DNA from: Takakia lepidozioides
Taxonomy: Eukaryota > Plantae > Bryophyta
Reading direction: 5' to 3'
Assembly: GCA_030704615.1 (NCBI GenBank)
Contig: CM060732.1
Coordinates: 80,414,001-80,478,000 of the forward strand
DNA: 64,000 nt
In this document: positions 38,864 through 52,100 of the stretch, in pieces
Layout of the letters: every line of letters starts with the position of its first letter
Position numbering within the stretch: position 1 is the first letter of the stretch
Notes under the pieces: generated by a model
What the model was told of the DNA's origin: nothing
The model's database searches: none
The model's input: only the letters and a program-made list of their open reading frames with translations
Translations under genes and position numbers: made by a program

Positions 38864-39333
38864 GTCTCTAAATTTTGTGTGGCCTCGTCGTAATGAGGCC
38901 ACACCGTGCAGATGGGACAAGGACTTGACAGCGGGCCCACTACATTTGAACAATCCCTATTACGTTGTTTCTCTTATATATGAAAAAAATGTCGCGCCGG
39001 TTGACATGTTGGAGGTGTGGTATGGTAGTAGGTCGATGGTGACATAGCAATGCGCGTGTGGGGTTCCATTCCCCGAATGCGGTTCCATTGGTTGGTGCTG
39101 ACTATAATTACCTCTTTGGAGGTAGTTTGTAACTATTCTCATGTAGGTAGTTCAGCCTGGTTTTTAACTACCTTCATGTAGAAAATCCTAAAATTACCTG
39201 CATGGAGGTAATTGTAAATTTTCATAAGCCAAAAAAATTTGAAGTTCTTAACGCATGAAGATAGTTTGTAGTTTGCTCCTATGTTTAATGAGACGGTGGG
39301 CCCCATCGATGAGGCCACACAAAATTCAGAGCC
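38864..39333. mobile_element. Putative MITE with ~40-bp imperfect TIRs
   Basis: CTCTAAATTTTGTGTGGCCTCGTCG..CACCGT versus ACGGTG..CGATGAGGCCACACAAAATTCAGAG. TSD not resolved. Confidence 0.55.
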
Positions 39334-40747
39334 AGGGGTAGCAGCGACGCAAAACTACGCATGTATTTTTCTTATGTCAGCGTTGTTGAAAATCAACTCC
39401 TGACCAAGTTACTATTACATAGAGTTACTGTGATGACAAGTCAAACTTCAATAATATCAGTGCTGACAAGTCACAGTTAACAAGAGATTAGCCTCAGTTA
39501 GCTAAGTTAGCTTCAGTTATTAATGATTCAAGTCAGTGTACCAGAATAGCAGGTAGAGATAACTTAAGTAAAAACATGGAGTTATGCTATAGTTATCTCA
39601 GCCGCTTCTTGGATTAGACGTTGAAGATGGGAGAGCTCGGAGGGTGGATACACAGTTTGTTGTGGTCATATGGTTGGGTGGAGAGTTCTCAGTAATCAAT
39701 TGATCTTTTATCTCTATTCTCTGTCGAATTCCAACATGGTATCAGAGCGAGGATTTGTCTAAAAGATAGAGGGAGATGAGTATTTGATTTACAACCTATA
39801 GGCTTGAGTGCTTAGTATTAGATTTGGAAGTTTGAGGGTGTTTTGTATTTGGCAAACATCAAACTATCATCATGGCATCTTTTGCTGATCATACCCGAGT
39901 GGAGGAGTTAGATAGTCACAATTTTCATACATGGTAAATTAAGATGAAGTTCATTCTTCATGAGAAAGATCTGTGGGACATCACATCAGGAAAAACGGTT
40001 GCACCAGTTCAAGCGCAGCCTGAAGATGAAGAGATCATAGGCGCAGGGATCACTCCTAAGCAATGACTTCTTGAAAAGAAAGAAAAGTTAGCTCGAGGAA
40101 CCATGTTGTTGAATGTAGCAGATTCAATACTTCATCATGTTACACATGCTAAAACTGCTAGAGAAGCATGGTTCAATCGATGTGTCAGCCAAGTTAGCTT
40201 CAAGGTGAGGACTCAACATTCAATGTACCTGATACACGCTAAGGAGGGAGGAGCACCACACATCAGTATTTATAGCTACACTTCCAGCACTCTTGCATCT
40301 TGTATTGGCAACATGGAGTTACAGGAACCAGATACATTGAAGCTGTCGCTTACCCAACTACCAGATCAGCCGTTTCGACTCTCACGACCTTCAACATCAC
40401 GCCGACGCTCTCGAGACGATGGGTCACCAATGCGACGTGTACTTCTTCGTCTGGATCCCGTGCGATGGTAATTGGAGCCTACTCGAAGTCTGATAATTCT
40501 GTTGGAGGTCGGACCCAGAGGGCAACGAAATCATGTTTGAAGGCAGCTTCGAAAATCAGAATGTTCAAATCACTCCGTGGTCCCAAGTTCAAGGTGTTGG
40601 ACACTATCGATAGTTGCATGGACCTATAAATCATTTGAGTCAAGAACGAAGAACCGAATACTTGGCAAGTACCATTCGCCGAATTTTGGATTTTCTCCAA
40701 CTCTAAGCAAGTCCAAGATTTTACCGCTCCTCGAAGAACTCGGTGCT

Positions 40748-41382
40748 AGAAGAGGGGGTTATGTCACGGACATAACCCAGAAGAACTTACCAGGAGTAAA
40801 TACCAGAAATTACCAAGTTATCATATTACCGGAAGTTACCATGACTTACCGTGATTTATCATGATCTACCATGATTTACCATTACTTACCATATTACCGG
40901 GAGTTTACCAAATTACCAAGAGTAACTTAGGAAACTGCTTAGGAAGCTTCATTTGGAGGAAACTTCTCCATCAAGATACCTCATTTGCTTAAGAAAGCTT
41001 CTCAATCAAGAATCCTTTGTTTACTTCTCCATCAAAAAACCTCCATAGGGGAAGCTTCTTAGGAAACTTCTTTGTAGCCAGTATATATAGAAGGCGAGAC
41101 TGGACACTCTTCAGTCTTGCCAACACCAGTTTAAGCTACTATTGTTTCCAGTTCCCAGTACTCTAGCCCAGTTTCCAGTATCTGGTACTCCAGTCCAGTT
41201 TCCAGCATTCCAGTATTCAAGTCGTGTTCCAATATCTTGTACTCTTGGTCATTGTTATAAAGATCGTCTTGATTCATATTTAATCATCGTGCATACGGCC
41301 ATGCCGACCTTGATTTCTTGTCTAGTCTTGTACCTCTAGTCTCATCTCTTGTTTGTGTTCAGTCATATTCTTGTCTTTGACA
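40748..41382 (+). mobile_element. Polypurine tract and 3' LTR of another LTR retrotransposon nested in the Copia
   Basis: AGAAGAGGGGG PPT followed by TGTCACGG (40762) .. TTTGACA (41382); internal TTACC, AAGCTTCT and TTCCAGT repeats; TATA-like box near 41082. Confidence 0.7.
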
Positions 41383-41749
41383 GAACGAAGAACACTAGTG
41401 TACTTGGTAGATTTGTCAAGAGCAATAGAAATTAGAACAGAATGCGATGACCCAACACTACGACATCAATCCAAGTGGATCAATGCACCATGTAATATTG
41501 TGCTTTTCGACAATTTGCTGCAGTGGCTCTGGTGGAAGCCACAACAACAAACGATCCGCACCCTCCTCTTGGGCTTACACTCTTGCTCAAGGAATAGAGA
41601 ACATTCACTCGCCACAAAAGTGTTTGCCACAAAAGAAGTGAGGGGCATTGTGACCATCTTATATACCCTCCAGTCTCAAAGCCTCATACGCTCGACGTTC
41701 CAATGCTACGACCGCTCCAGGTCGCATGTTATTTTTAAAAAAAAACTGT

Positions 41750-42102
41750 TGCGACCACCCTCATGCTAGTGGTCGCAGATACCCCCATGCTCGTGGTCAC
41801 AGATATAAAAAAACAGAAAATTGCTGCGACCACCCCCTGCTGGTGGTCGCACCTATTAAAAAAACAGAAAAATGCTGCGACCACCCCATGCTGGTGATCG
41901 CAGATATTAAAAAACAAAAAAATGTTGCGACCACCCCCCTGATGGTGGTCGCACCTATTATAAATAAAATAAAAATTGTGCGACCATCAGTAGCGGTGGT
42001 CGCAACTGTTTAAGAAAAAAAAAAATGCGACCACCCCTGCTGGTGGTCACAACTATTAAAAAATAAGATAAATTCTGCGACCACCACCATTTGGAGGTCG
42101 CA
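41750..42102. repeat. Array of seven GC palindromes TGCGACCACC-N-GGTGGTCGCA separated by A-tracts (~50-bp period)
   Basis: Units near 41750, 41825, 41876, 41926, 41980, 42026 and 42076. Confidence 0.85.
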
Positions 42103-42328
42103 TCAATTTAACAATAATGATTTAAAAATGACCTCAAATACTGGCGGATAGAGTAATTTATAAAACAATTCATTCACTTGCCAAGGTGTCGCTTGGAATA
42201 TAACGTGTTCACCTACGTGGCATATTTTTCACCTAACTCATGTTTTACTAATTTTTCGGCAAAGCTGACGTGACGTTGGTCGCGTCAGCGTCAGGTCCGA
42301 CGTGACGTCACTGACGTGTGCAACCCTG

Positions 42329-43030
42329 GTTGTCATGTCCTTCTTCCACGTGACCAGAAATCCATGCTGGGTAACCGCCAGGTCTTTTGCTTGCAAAGCA
42401 GGGGTTGGGTTCATTTGCAAGTTTTCCCAATGGGAAAATAAAATAAAAAATAAAAAATAAAAATAAAATCCCCGAATGTGCCAGATTAAGGTGTCGTCAA
42501 CAACACCTTAATCTAGCTTAATCTGGCTAGACTTCTAGTGTGCTATTTGGGGTAATGGCATTTACAAATTGCTCGAACCACATAGCTTCTGATTCGTTGT
42601 CATGTTCTTCTTCCATGTGCCCAGAAATCCATGATGGGTAAACGCCAAGTCTTTTGCTTGCAAAGCAGGGGTTGGGTTCATTTGCAAGTTTTCCAAAAAC
42701 AAATAATTTAATTTATTAATTTATTATTTTATTATTCCCCGAATGTGCTAGAGTAATTTGGCTAGTTGCTGGTGTGTTATTAGGGGTGAATGACATCTAC
42801 AAATTGTTCGGTCCACATAACTTATGATTCGTTGTAATGTCCTTCTTCCAGATGACCAGAAATCCATGCTCGGTAAACGCTAGGTCTTTTGCTTGCAAAG
42901 CAGGGGTTGGGTTCATTTGCAAGTTTTCCATAAAACAAAAAAACAAAAAATAACATTTTTATTTATTTTTTGTTTTTTTCCCTCTTGAATGTGCCAGATA
43001 AAGGTGGCGTTGACGCCAGCTTGATCTGGC
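42329..43030. repeat. Three ~250-bp tandem repeats
   Basis: CTTCTTCCA..CCAGAAATCCATG..TCTTTTGCTTGCAAAGCAGGGGTTGGGTTCATTTGCAAGTTTTCC recurs in units starting near 42330, 42596 and 42831. Confidence 0.85.
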
Positions 43031-43576
43031 TGGTCTTCTGGGCTGGAATTAAGCTTCCGCCAAATTGAAAATACATTTATGTAAACCCAACAACACATAG
43101 ATTCCCACGCACATGCTGATCGGTAAGGATACATGTTGTTGCAGTCATCCATGGTTCACTCATCTGGGCAAATTTTCATCCGACACTCATCCAATGTTCA
43201 TCCAACGTTCATCCATTCCCTTTTACGTTCATCACAGATACATTCATCCGTCAATTTTTCATCGCACATTCGTGCCATATTGTCGTCATGGAGATTGTCT
43301 ATCTTCAGTCCGATGGAGAGGAGATTGCGTCGTTGCAGTGGAGTTTGTGTCCACGGCAATAGGCCCACTTGTTCCCTCGCTTTTAGGGTTCCGCATCAAT
43401 AATCTGCTCAAGCTTACAATCTGCTCACGCTTGGGGGAATCTGCTCACAGATAAAGGAATCTGCTCACGGGTTCTGCTCACGCCTTTGCTGCCCTCACTT
43501 GAGAGAGAAGAGACTTCGGCTGATGTCATTATTAGGCACTTACACCTTGCAGCTATTGTCCTTTTGGGGAGTAGAC

Positions 43577-44636
43577 CAGTGATGGGCGGTTCTCTGGTTT
43601 TGGGTAGAACCTGCAGGGTAGGTTCTATCTTGAGGAAGGTAAATAGAGAACCTGGGGGGCGGGTTTTTAAAAATAATGAGAGTTACAGAACCTCCGGTGC
43701 AGGGTACATCCTTGAGTTATATTTTCATGGGTATGTTTTATACCGTTTTTTTAATGCATTATCCGCCAAATCCGGTGTTCGAGTATATGGGTAGAGAATC
43801 GTATAAAGAACCGAGAGATGACCCGGTTCCCTACGGTTCTCTCCGGTTCTGAATTCAAAAGTTGTTATGGGCAGAATAAATAAATAAATGTACTATGGAA
43901 TGGGCCGCAACATGCCATGATGGTGGTAAGGTGGTGGCGAGCCGGAGGGTGAGCTGCCGCCGAAACGGCCATCATGGCATGCTGCGGCCCATTCCATAAC
44001 GGAAAGGATTGCGTTTGTTGCCCTCTCATTGGCTTGCAAGTCCTAATCAAACACATTATGTTTCATAATGTGCTAGTGCAAATGGCATAATGTGCTAGTG
44101 GCATTAGGCGTAGAATTCTGCTTTTTAATCCTCCTCCAAATGTGCCATACTAGGTAGGCCTTTACGTGCATGTATGAGAAAAAATCCAACCCGGCCATAA
44201 TTGTCAATAATTAAGGTCATTCACTAATTAAGGTCAGTCATTAATTAATGTCATTTTCTAGCACTGCTAACACTGATCTTCCTCTAGATTAGCCCTGTTG
44301 GCCTGTTGGCATTCAGTTCTAGCACTGTCAGTACTCTTCTATCTTCCTCGAGGCTGCCACGTTGACCCTAGATAACCACCCTTATACCTAGGGTATGTGT
44401 CGGGTGCACTTACCCTTACCCTCCCCTCTCATTCCAACACATAGGTCAGGTTCTTATGAATAATGGATATTAGAGATTCCCCGGTTCGGTGAAGTTCACG
44501 GGTAAATAGAGTGTGGTATCTTCCGGTTCAATCTTGACTAGGGTATTTGAAATTTGTAATTCCCGAGGTTAAGTGGGTACATACCCGGGTCCGGAACCAG
44601 CGGTTCTTTCACCCAAAACCAGAGAACCGCCCAACT
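43577..44636. mobile_element. hAT-like non-autonomous element with GGTTC subterminal motifs
   Basis: 23-bp inverted repeat TGGGCGGTTCTCTGGTTTTGGGT (43583) / ACCCAAAACCAGAGAACCGCCCA (44611-44633); left end CAGTGATGGG. Confidence 0.7.
43894..43998. repeat. 105-bp hairpin (30-bp arms, 29/30 match), probable mini-MITE
   Basis: TATGGAATGGGCCGCAACATGCCATGATGG .. CCATCATGGCATGCTGCGGCCCATTCCATA. Confidence 0.8.
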
Positions 44637-46159
44637 AAAAAACACTAAAAAATCATACCTATGTGAACCCATGACCGTTTATAAAGTCTTGTGTCCTAAT
44701 TATAATCTCTGGACCAGTTGTTGAATGCTTACATTCCTGTTGTATACAATATTCATTTTGAAGTCATAACAAAGTCATATCACATTCAAATTCATACCAA
44801 ATCGGATGTATCAAATATATAAATTAATTTTCACAAAATTATTTTATGAATTTAATTTAAGAAAACTCAAACATTGTCCCATGGCATGATGTAGATAGAG
44901 CCACACACAACTTAATCCGTGGTGTACTAGTAATGGTATTTTCTCATACCACTAGTTTGTGAAGGCTCCAATTATGAGAGGGGCAGTAGAGTACTGGTAT
45001 GTACCTGGGTACAAATAGTATTCAATATAGTTATTTGACATACACAGATCCCATATATTAATAATGAAGTTTTTTGAGCAATACTTGGGGAATATGAGGC
45101 ATTATATGGTATTTCTGATGTGGTCATCAATTTCAAGTGTGCATCATACATCAAAATGAAAAGCAGCCAACAACCATTGCAATGAGAGAAGTGCTCTTTG
45201 ACAACAAACAATTCTCTGCCAGTCCCATGCACATTCAAAGAGCTGCACCACTTGTTGCCTGCCTAACAACAAAATGGAGCAACATTGTCACCAAGACCTA
45301 GGTTGCACGGAGGGCAACGCCTAGAGTAATGGTTTCGAACCATAACCTCCTCGCTTTGGTACTAGGCGGGTATAGTATTACCTTATTGGCGGTAAGTTGG
45401 CACGCAGCTAGGTCTCATAGTACATTCGTGGTATTTTTGAACATTTATGGAGGCTTTTGTTTTTTATTTTCAATAGAAATTATATATAGTAGGATTTTTT
45501 TTAGACAATTTTACTGAATTAGGCACTTTCATATTATTTTTCCAACCTTTTAGGCATAAATCTTGAAAAATCACAGATTTGCTTAGGCATTTCTTAAAAA
45601 ATTTAATTTGTGTCTAATCTGCTATGAACCTACGGTAGCCTCAGTTAGCTTCAGTTATTAGTGACTCAAGTCAGTGTACCAGAATAGCAGATGGAGATAA
45701 CTTAAGTAGAAGCATGGAGTTATGCTATAGTTATCTCAGTATTCTTGGATTAGACTTTGAGTATAAATAGGGAGAGCTCGGAGGGTGGATACACAGCTTG
45801 TTGTGGTCCTATGGTTGGGTGGAGAGTTCTCAGTAATCAATTTTCTCTTTGTCAAATTCCAACAAGCGTGAGCCTCCGTGCTCGCTTCGTTCCACGCTAC
45901 CCGGAGAGGAATGCCAAAAAACAAATGCAAGATGAAACTCGTTTTACGCTCATTTTGGTATTATTTTGAGTATATATAGGTGGAGGACTGGTATATGCAC
46001 CGGTATATTAGATACCAGACCAGTCTGGTATTATTTGGGAAAATACCAAGAAATCCAGGCTGGTATCTGTTTTCTCATACCAACCACAATACCAGTACAC
46101 CCAACAAGCCTCACCAAGAGTGGAATTTTATGTAATATTTCCACCACATATTCATGCAG

Positions 46160-49100
46160 TGTTGTGGTCCTTTGCCTTGAGGGCAGGGGGTCGGGACGCA
46201 GGAGGGGCTGCCCCTGTGGTGGGGGCAGTGGCAGCGATAGGTACGGGGAGCTGAAGCACCTTTGAGTGCCCAAGGCACTCAAGGAGGTGAAGGCACTCAC
46301 TAGGTGGAGCCCCGCACACCGGGTTGCGGTGGGGGTGGCTCCACAAGGGGTGGTGGTAGCTTAGTGGGACTTAGTGGGGGTGGCATAGGATTCACCATGG
46401 GGCGGAGACCTTGCGGTGGGAGTCGTGGGGAGTCTTGGGACTCATCACGGTCCAATGGGGCTGTGGTGGGTGGGCCAAGACTCACCGCGATTCATCACCG
46501 GGAATCGAGGGTCTTCGTGGTGGTTCACCATAAAATGACATGGTTGTTTGTGAAACCCCCGCGGACAGTCACAGAAGTATATATAGGGAGTAGTAACCCC
46601 GAGAACGGTGCAAGCCCGTTGGTGACCGAAAACTAGTGAGTAAGCGAGCGAGCCGGAAAGCGACCAAGGAGTGGGGAGCTATTCCGGACTGTCATCTACC
46701 AAAGGGAATTTCCACTAGGCCCAAATTGGTGGAGGGTCTGGTGGAAGAGTAAAGGGGGACCGTTATATCCCGGTGAGCAGCCGAAGCTCCAAAGTTGGCC
46801 CGACGGCCAGGTTGGGAGTTAGGCGCGTGCATCAAAGCGAGTAACTATGACTTGAAGGGGAACTTACCGAAGTGAGGCGCGCGATACTTGGTATCAGAGC
46901 TTAGAATTCAATACGCGATCGTCCTTGGATTTGGCCTCATCATGGGGTCGGGCAAGCCAAAGCGAAAGCAGAACGGCCCGAAAGATGATTATCCTGGTGA
47001 GCCCGATGGGGGCGACGTATCACCGAAGCGACCATTTGAGGAAGCGATGCATGCTTTTGAAAGCGAGGCCGCTCAAGAACGGGAGGAATCTGAGGAGTCG
47101 GAGCCCGAGGAATCCCTGAGAGCTCCGACAGACCAACAGATGCCTCCAATGCCAGCAGCCTTTTGGGAAGGGTTGTTGGCGCAGTTTGGCGGGACGTTGA
47201 AAGACGTGTTGAAGGCGGCTAATGCCACTTCCACTAAGGCAAAGTTTAAGGTGAAGCCTAAGGAACCCGACACCTTCGAGGGCGTCCGAAATCGGAAGAC
47301 ACTCAACACATGGCTCTTGGAGCTAGAGCAGTACTTCCAGGCGGCCAAGTTGAGTGACGAGGATCGGGTGGAAGTGGCTCCCACCTATTTAAGGGGCTAT
47401 GCTCAACAATGGTGGCAGAAACGTCTTCACGACCGAGGTCCAAACCCGGAAACCTTGAACTGGAGTGGGTTCAAGGAACTGATGAAGAGACAGTTTGTGC
47501 CCCTCAACGCTCCGAAAGGAAAATCAGGTGTGACGCCTTATGGCGGACAAAAGGCGACCTTCGATGGAGTGTGCTTTAATTGCGGGGAGCTCGGGCACAT
47601 GGCTAAGAAGTGCGCAAAGCCCCGACAATTGAACATGACTCGGGCGACCGCAGAGCTGCCGGAAGAGTCCATCAGCCGCTTGGTGGAAGCGGTGGTTGCC
47701 AAGACTTGCAAGGTAGGCAACTACTCTTGTGAGTTGTATCAGGAAACTGGCGCCCTACGTAAAGGAAGTCAGTTATTGTTCGTGGATGGGATAATTTCCG
47801 GAACTAATGTGTCGTTGTTGCTGGACACAGGAGCGTCGCACTCCTTCATGACACCGGCAACGGCACGAAAGCTGGGGCTCCGACAAGTGACGTGGGGGCC
47901 TCTATTGAGGTGCGTTCTATCAAAGGAGAACCACAATTGGCGACGAGGTTGGCGTTCGATGTTCCTCTTCAACTGGGGAGTTGGGAGAGACGTGTGAAGT
48001 TCACCATTTGCGAGATTGATGGAGTGGATCTCATTTTGGGGATGACCTTTTTGAGCAAATCCGGAGAGGTCATAGATGGCCGCAAGAGAGTAGTCACGCT
48101 ACCGTGTGGGAATGGTGGCGAAGTTTTATGAGTGTCGGAAACGCCCAAACCCATGGGAGGGCAAATAAACCTTCTGTTAGCAAGGGAGTGAGCCGTGGAA
48201 GAGCCACACGAGCCCCCAATTTTTGCTTTACGTAAGACAAGTGAAAAGAGAAGGCGATGGGGAGCGGAGCCCAGATTGGATCAAGGGAATCTTAGAGAAA
48301 TACCAGGATGTGATGCCGGAGGATTTACCAAGCGGTTTGCCACCGCGAAGGGGAGTTGACCACAAGATATGGTTCGTATGAGTTCTTGGTGAGGCCTTTT
48401 GGGCTCACCAACGCACCCGCGACCTTTAGCACGCTAATGAACAGCCTTTTCCAGGAGTGGTTGGATGATTTTGTGATCGTATACATCGACGACATACTGG
48501 TGTACTCGAAAACAAAGGAAGCACCTCAAAAAGGTGTTCCAGAAATTGCGAGAAGGGAAGCTGTATGCCAAAGCTTGAAAGTGCGAATTCGAGGTCACAA
48601 AAGTGGAGTTCCTGGGGCATGTGATTACACAGGATGGGATCAAAATTGATGACAGGAAGGTGAGAGAAATCTTGGACTGGGAGCCTCCGACTTCGGTCAC
48701 GGGAGTGCGATCCTTCCTAGGACTCGCCTCCTATTTACCGGAAGTATGTGAGAAATTTCGCCAAGATCGCGGGGCCACTGTCAGACCTTCTGTGTAAATT
48801 CAAAGTCTGGGTATGGAACACCTTTTGTCGCCAAGTTTTTGCCGAATTGAAGCAGCGGATGGCGGAAGCTCCAGAGTTTGACCGTCCATTTCAGATTCAT
48901 ACGGATGCGTCGGACTTCGCAATAGGGGGTGTACTCATGCAGGATGGACGTCCAGTGGCTTACGAAAGTAAGAAACTAAATGGAGTGGAGCGACGGTGGC
49001 CTATGCATGAGAAGGAAATGAAGGCGGTGGTGCATTGCCTTGAGCTTTGGCGCCACTATGTTGGTTCCAACCCAATGAAGGTGTTCACGGACAATGTCAC

Positions 49101-52100
49101 GGTGAAGTATTTTGCCACGCAGCCTAAGTTGTCCCCAAAACAACTTAGGTGGCAAGATACTTTGGCGGTGTTCGACGTGGATATCCAGTACAAAACAGGA
49201 CGGGACAATGTGGTGGCCGATGCTTTAAGTAGAAAGCAGCAGCTCTTGTTGGTGTACAGGGACGAGACGGCGCTACAAAGGAAGATCCGGAAGGCTTACC
49301 GGAAGGATGAGATGGCGAAGTCCGTGATGCGGGATTTGAGGATGGGGGTTAAACCGCAGTTCCACTTGCAAAATGGACTGCTCCGGTATAAGCAAAAACG
49401 TCTTTACGTGCCGAAGGGAGGGATCAGAGATAGTCTCTTGAAAGAATGCCATGATGGTCCGTTTGCGGGCCACAGCGGAGCCAAGCGCACCGCGACACTC
49501 TTGAAGAAAGAGTATTTTTGGCCCAAAATGAGGGAGGAGGCCGAGGAGTATGTCAAGACATGCACCACATGCCAACAAAACCGGAGCGAGTACAAAAAGC
49601 AAGCGAGGCTGTTACAACCCTTGCCGATTCCAGAGGGGTCTTGGGAAAGTGTCTCGATGGATTTCATGACTGCTATGCCGCTATCAAAAGGATTCGATGC
49701 AAACATGGTGGTAGTGGATAGGTTCAGTAAAATGGGTCATTTCATCCCTACCAAGGAGACGACAACGGCGCAGGAGACGGGTGACTTTACTTCGCCCACA
49801 TCTTCAAGCATCATGGACTCCCAAAGGATATTATCTCGGACCGCGATCCAAAATTTACGAGTAAATTTTGGAGGGCACTTTGGAAGAAGATGGGGACGAG
49901 GCTCAAGATGAGCACCGCCTTCCGACCTACGACGGACGACAAAACAAAAAGGGTGAATTCCGTGGTGAAGCAGATCTTGCGGAATTACGTGTCGGCAGAC
50001 CAATCAGACTGGGTAGAGCACTTGGATGCGGCAGAGTTCTATTATAATAACACAAAACCCTCCGCAACGGGAGTTTCCCCTTTCGTATTGGTCTATGGAA
50101 AAGCACCTCTGGTGCCGACAAGTTGGGCCGCCCAAGACGTTGAGGAACCGGCAGCAGCAGCGATGCTGGAAGAACGCGAGCGTTTGTTGAAGCTCGCAAA
50201 GTATAAAATTGCCAAAGCTAGGAAACGGTATGAATGGCAGGTGAATCGGAAGCGGAGGGAAGTTAAGTTTGAGGTAGGCACGGAGGTCTGGTTGAACATC
50301 AAGAATTTCCGACTACCTCCGGAAGTGAGTCCGAAGTTCGTACCTCCGTATACGGGACCCTTTCGCATCCGGAAAGTTATGAATGAAGATGTGTATGAAT
50401 TGGAGCTGCCGGCAAACAGCAAGGTGCATCCGGTATTCCACGTCTCCATTTTGAAGCCTTACTTCAAATATGAAGCACGTCCGAATCGGCATCAAATGTT
50501 GCGTCCACCACCTGTGCTGTTGGATCATGAAAATAAACCTGAGTACGAGGTGGAGGCAGTGCTTAAGTCGAGGAGGTTCAAGAATCGAGAAACGGAGTAT
50601 CTCGTGAAATGGAAGGGCTATCATCATGTGGAGACATCTTGGGTGCGTGCCTCAGAAATGGGAAACGCATCCGAGGCGGTTGCAGCTTTCGAAGGGCGAC
50701 CTCAAAAGCGGAAGAAACGTTGATGGGGACATCAACCTTGGATCGTGGTGGAGGAAATGCATGCTTAGCCCGGCTTAGCTAACTCATGAATCCGATTGCA
50801 AAAACTTGTATTGTACAAATTTTGTTATAAATAAAATGGTTTTCAAGTGTTGTGCGTCCTATTTTGTTTGGAATGGTGATACATGGTATGGTTGGCTAGT
50901 GTGTAGAATGCATGCTAGCTTACAAAAGTAGGAGAGGTAAATTGGATTAATCGTGTGTTTGCGTAGTGCCGAAATCGGGTGACGCCCATCCAAGGGGCAA
51001 TGAAACTTGCGCCTTCCTTGGGAGTTCATGTACTAGTGCGCACCTGGCGCGTGCGTGTACTATAACTGCGCTACCGAGGGGGTTGCCTTGTAGTGCGGGC
51101 TAACGCGGAAGCTACGTGCTTCCGTTCACGTACTATAATCGTGTAGCCTCGGGATGAAGTCGTAGTACGGCTTCGACGTGTTCCCGTACCTCAGGCCAAC
51201 ATTCCAAGGCGGACCCAATTGTAGTGATTGGGGCGCATGGTTAGCCCAAGGTTATCTTCCTAGTAAAAAAGGGTTCAAGGTGAACCTTTTTTCAAGGTAA
51301 TGCCAAAAGCGGCATCATGAGCGGTCGCAAGCAATGTTGTTGCGGTAAGGCGATTCGATCCTCGGGGAGGATCGTTTCTTGGCCTTGAAGTAGGCCAAGA
51401 AGAATGTACTGGGAGGAGCTTGAGAGGCTCCACCCTTGGCCGGGATTTAGAGGAAGTCGGCCGAACTAGCTAGTGGAGGGTAGAGTCAAGTGTGGGGTTG
51501 GTTCTTTGTCATGGGATGCCATGGTATGGAAACAAACTCCTTGATGTGGGACGCCACAACTTGGATGTTCGTTTCTACAAAATGGACAAGTCGCTGAGGA
51601 CATCGACTCCCTGTTGGTAGGGGTGTGTGTTGCGGCCCTTTGCTTTGAGGGCAGGGGGTCGGGACGCAGGAGGGGCTACCCCTGTGGTGGGGGCAATGGC
51701 AGCGATAGGTATGGGGGGCTGAAGCACCCTTGAGTGCCCAAGGCACTCAAGGAGGCGAAGGCGCTCACTAGGTGGAGCCCCACACACCGGGTTGCGGTGG
51801 GGGTGGCTCCACAAGGGGTGGTGGTAGCTTAGTGGGACTTAGTGGGGGTGGCATAGGATTCACCATGGGGCGGAGACCTTGCGGTGGGAGTCGTGGGGAG
51901 TCTTGGGACTTATCACGGTCCAATGGGGCCGTGGTGGGTGGGCCAAGACTCACCACGACTCATCACCGGGAATCAAGGGTCTTCGTGGTGGTTCGCCATA
52001 AAATAACATGGTTGTTTGTGAAACCCCCGCGGACAGTCACAGAAGTATATATAGGGAGTAGTAACCCCGAGAACGGTGCAAGCCCATTGGTGACCGAAAA

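Larger units (their letters stand above)
39384..45864 (+). mobile_element. Ty1/Copia element with the internal region mostly replaced by other repeats
   Basis: 5' LTR 39384-39736 (TGTTG..CCAACA), PBS TGGTATCAGAGC at 39737, copia gag start (ELDSHNFHTW*IKMKFILHEKDLWDITSG; HHVTHAKTAREAW), partial 3' LTR ~45637-45864, AGCGT TSD on both sides. Confidence 0.87.

Noticed and set aside
41750-42102. CRISPR-like appearance (palindromic repeats with spacers); also 53.7-56.3 kb
   Set aside because: Spacers are related A-tracts rather than unique sequences, the repeats are degenerate, there are no cas genes, and the context is eukaryotic TE DNA.
45296-45328. Hairpin followed by CTAG resembling a Helitron 3' end
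   Set aside because: The stem is short and no 5' end or second copy is visible.
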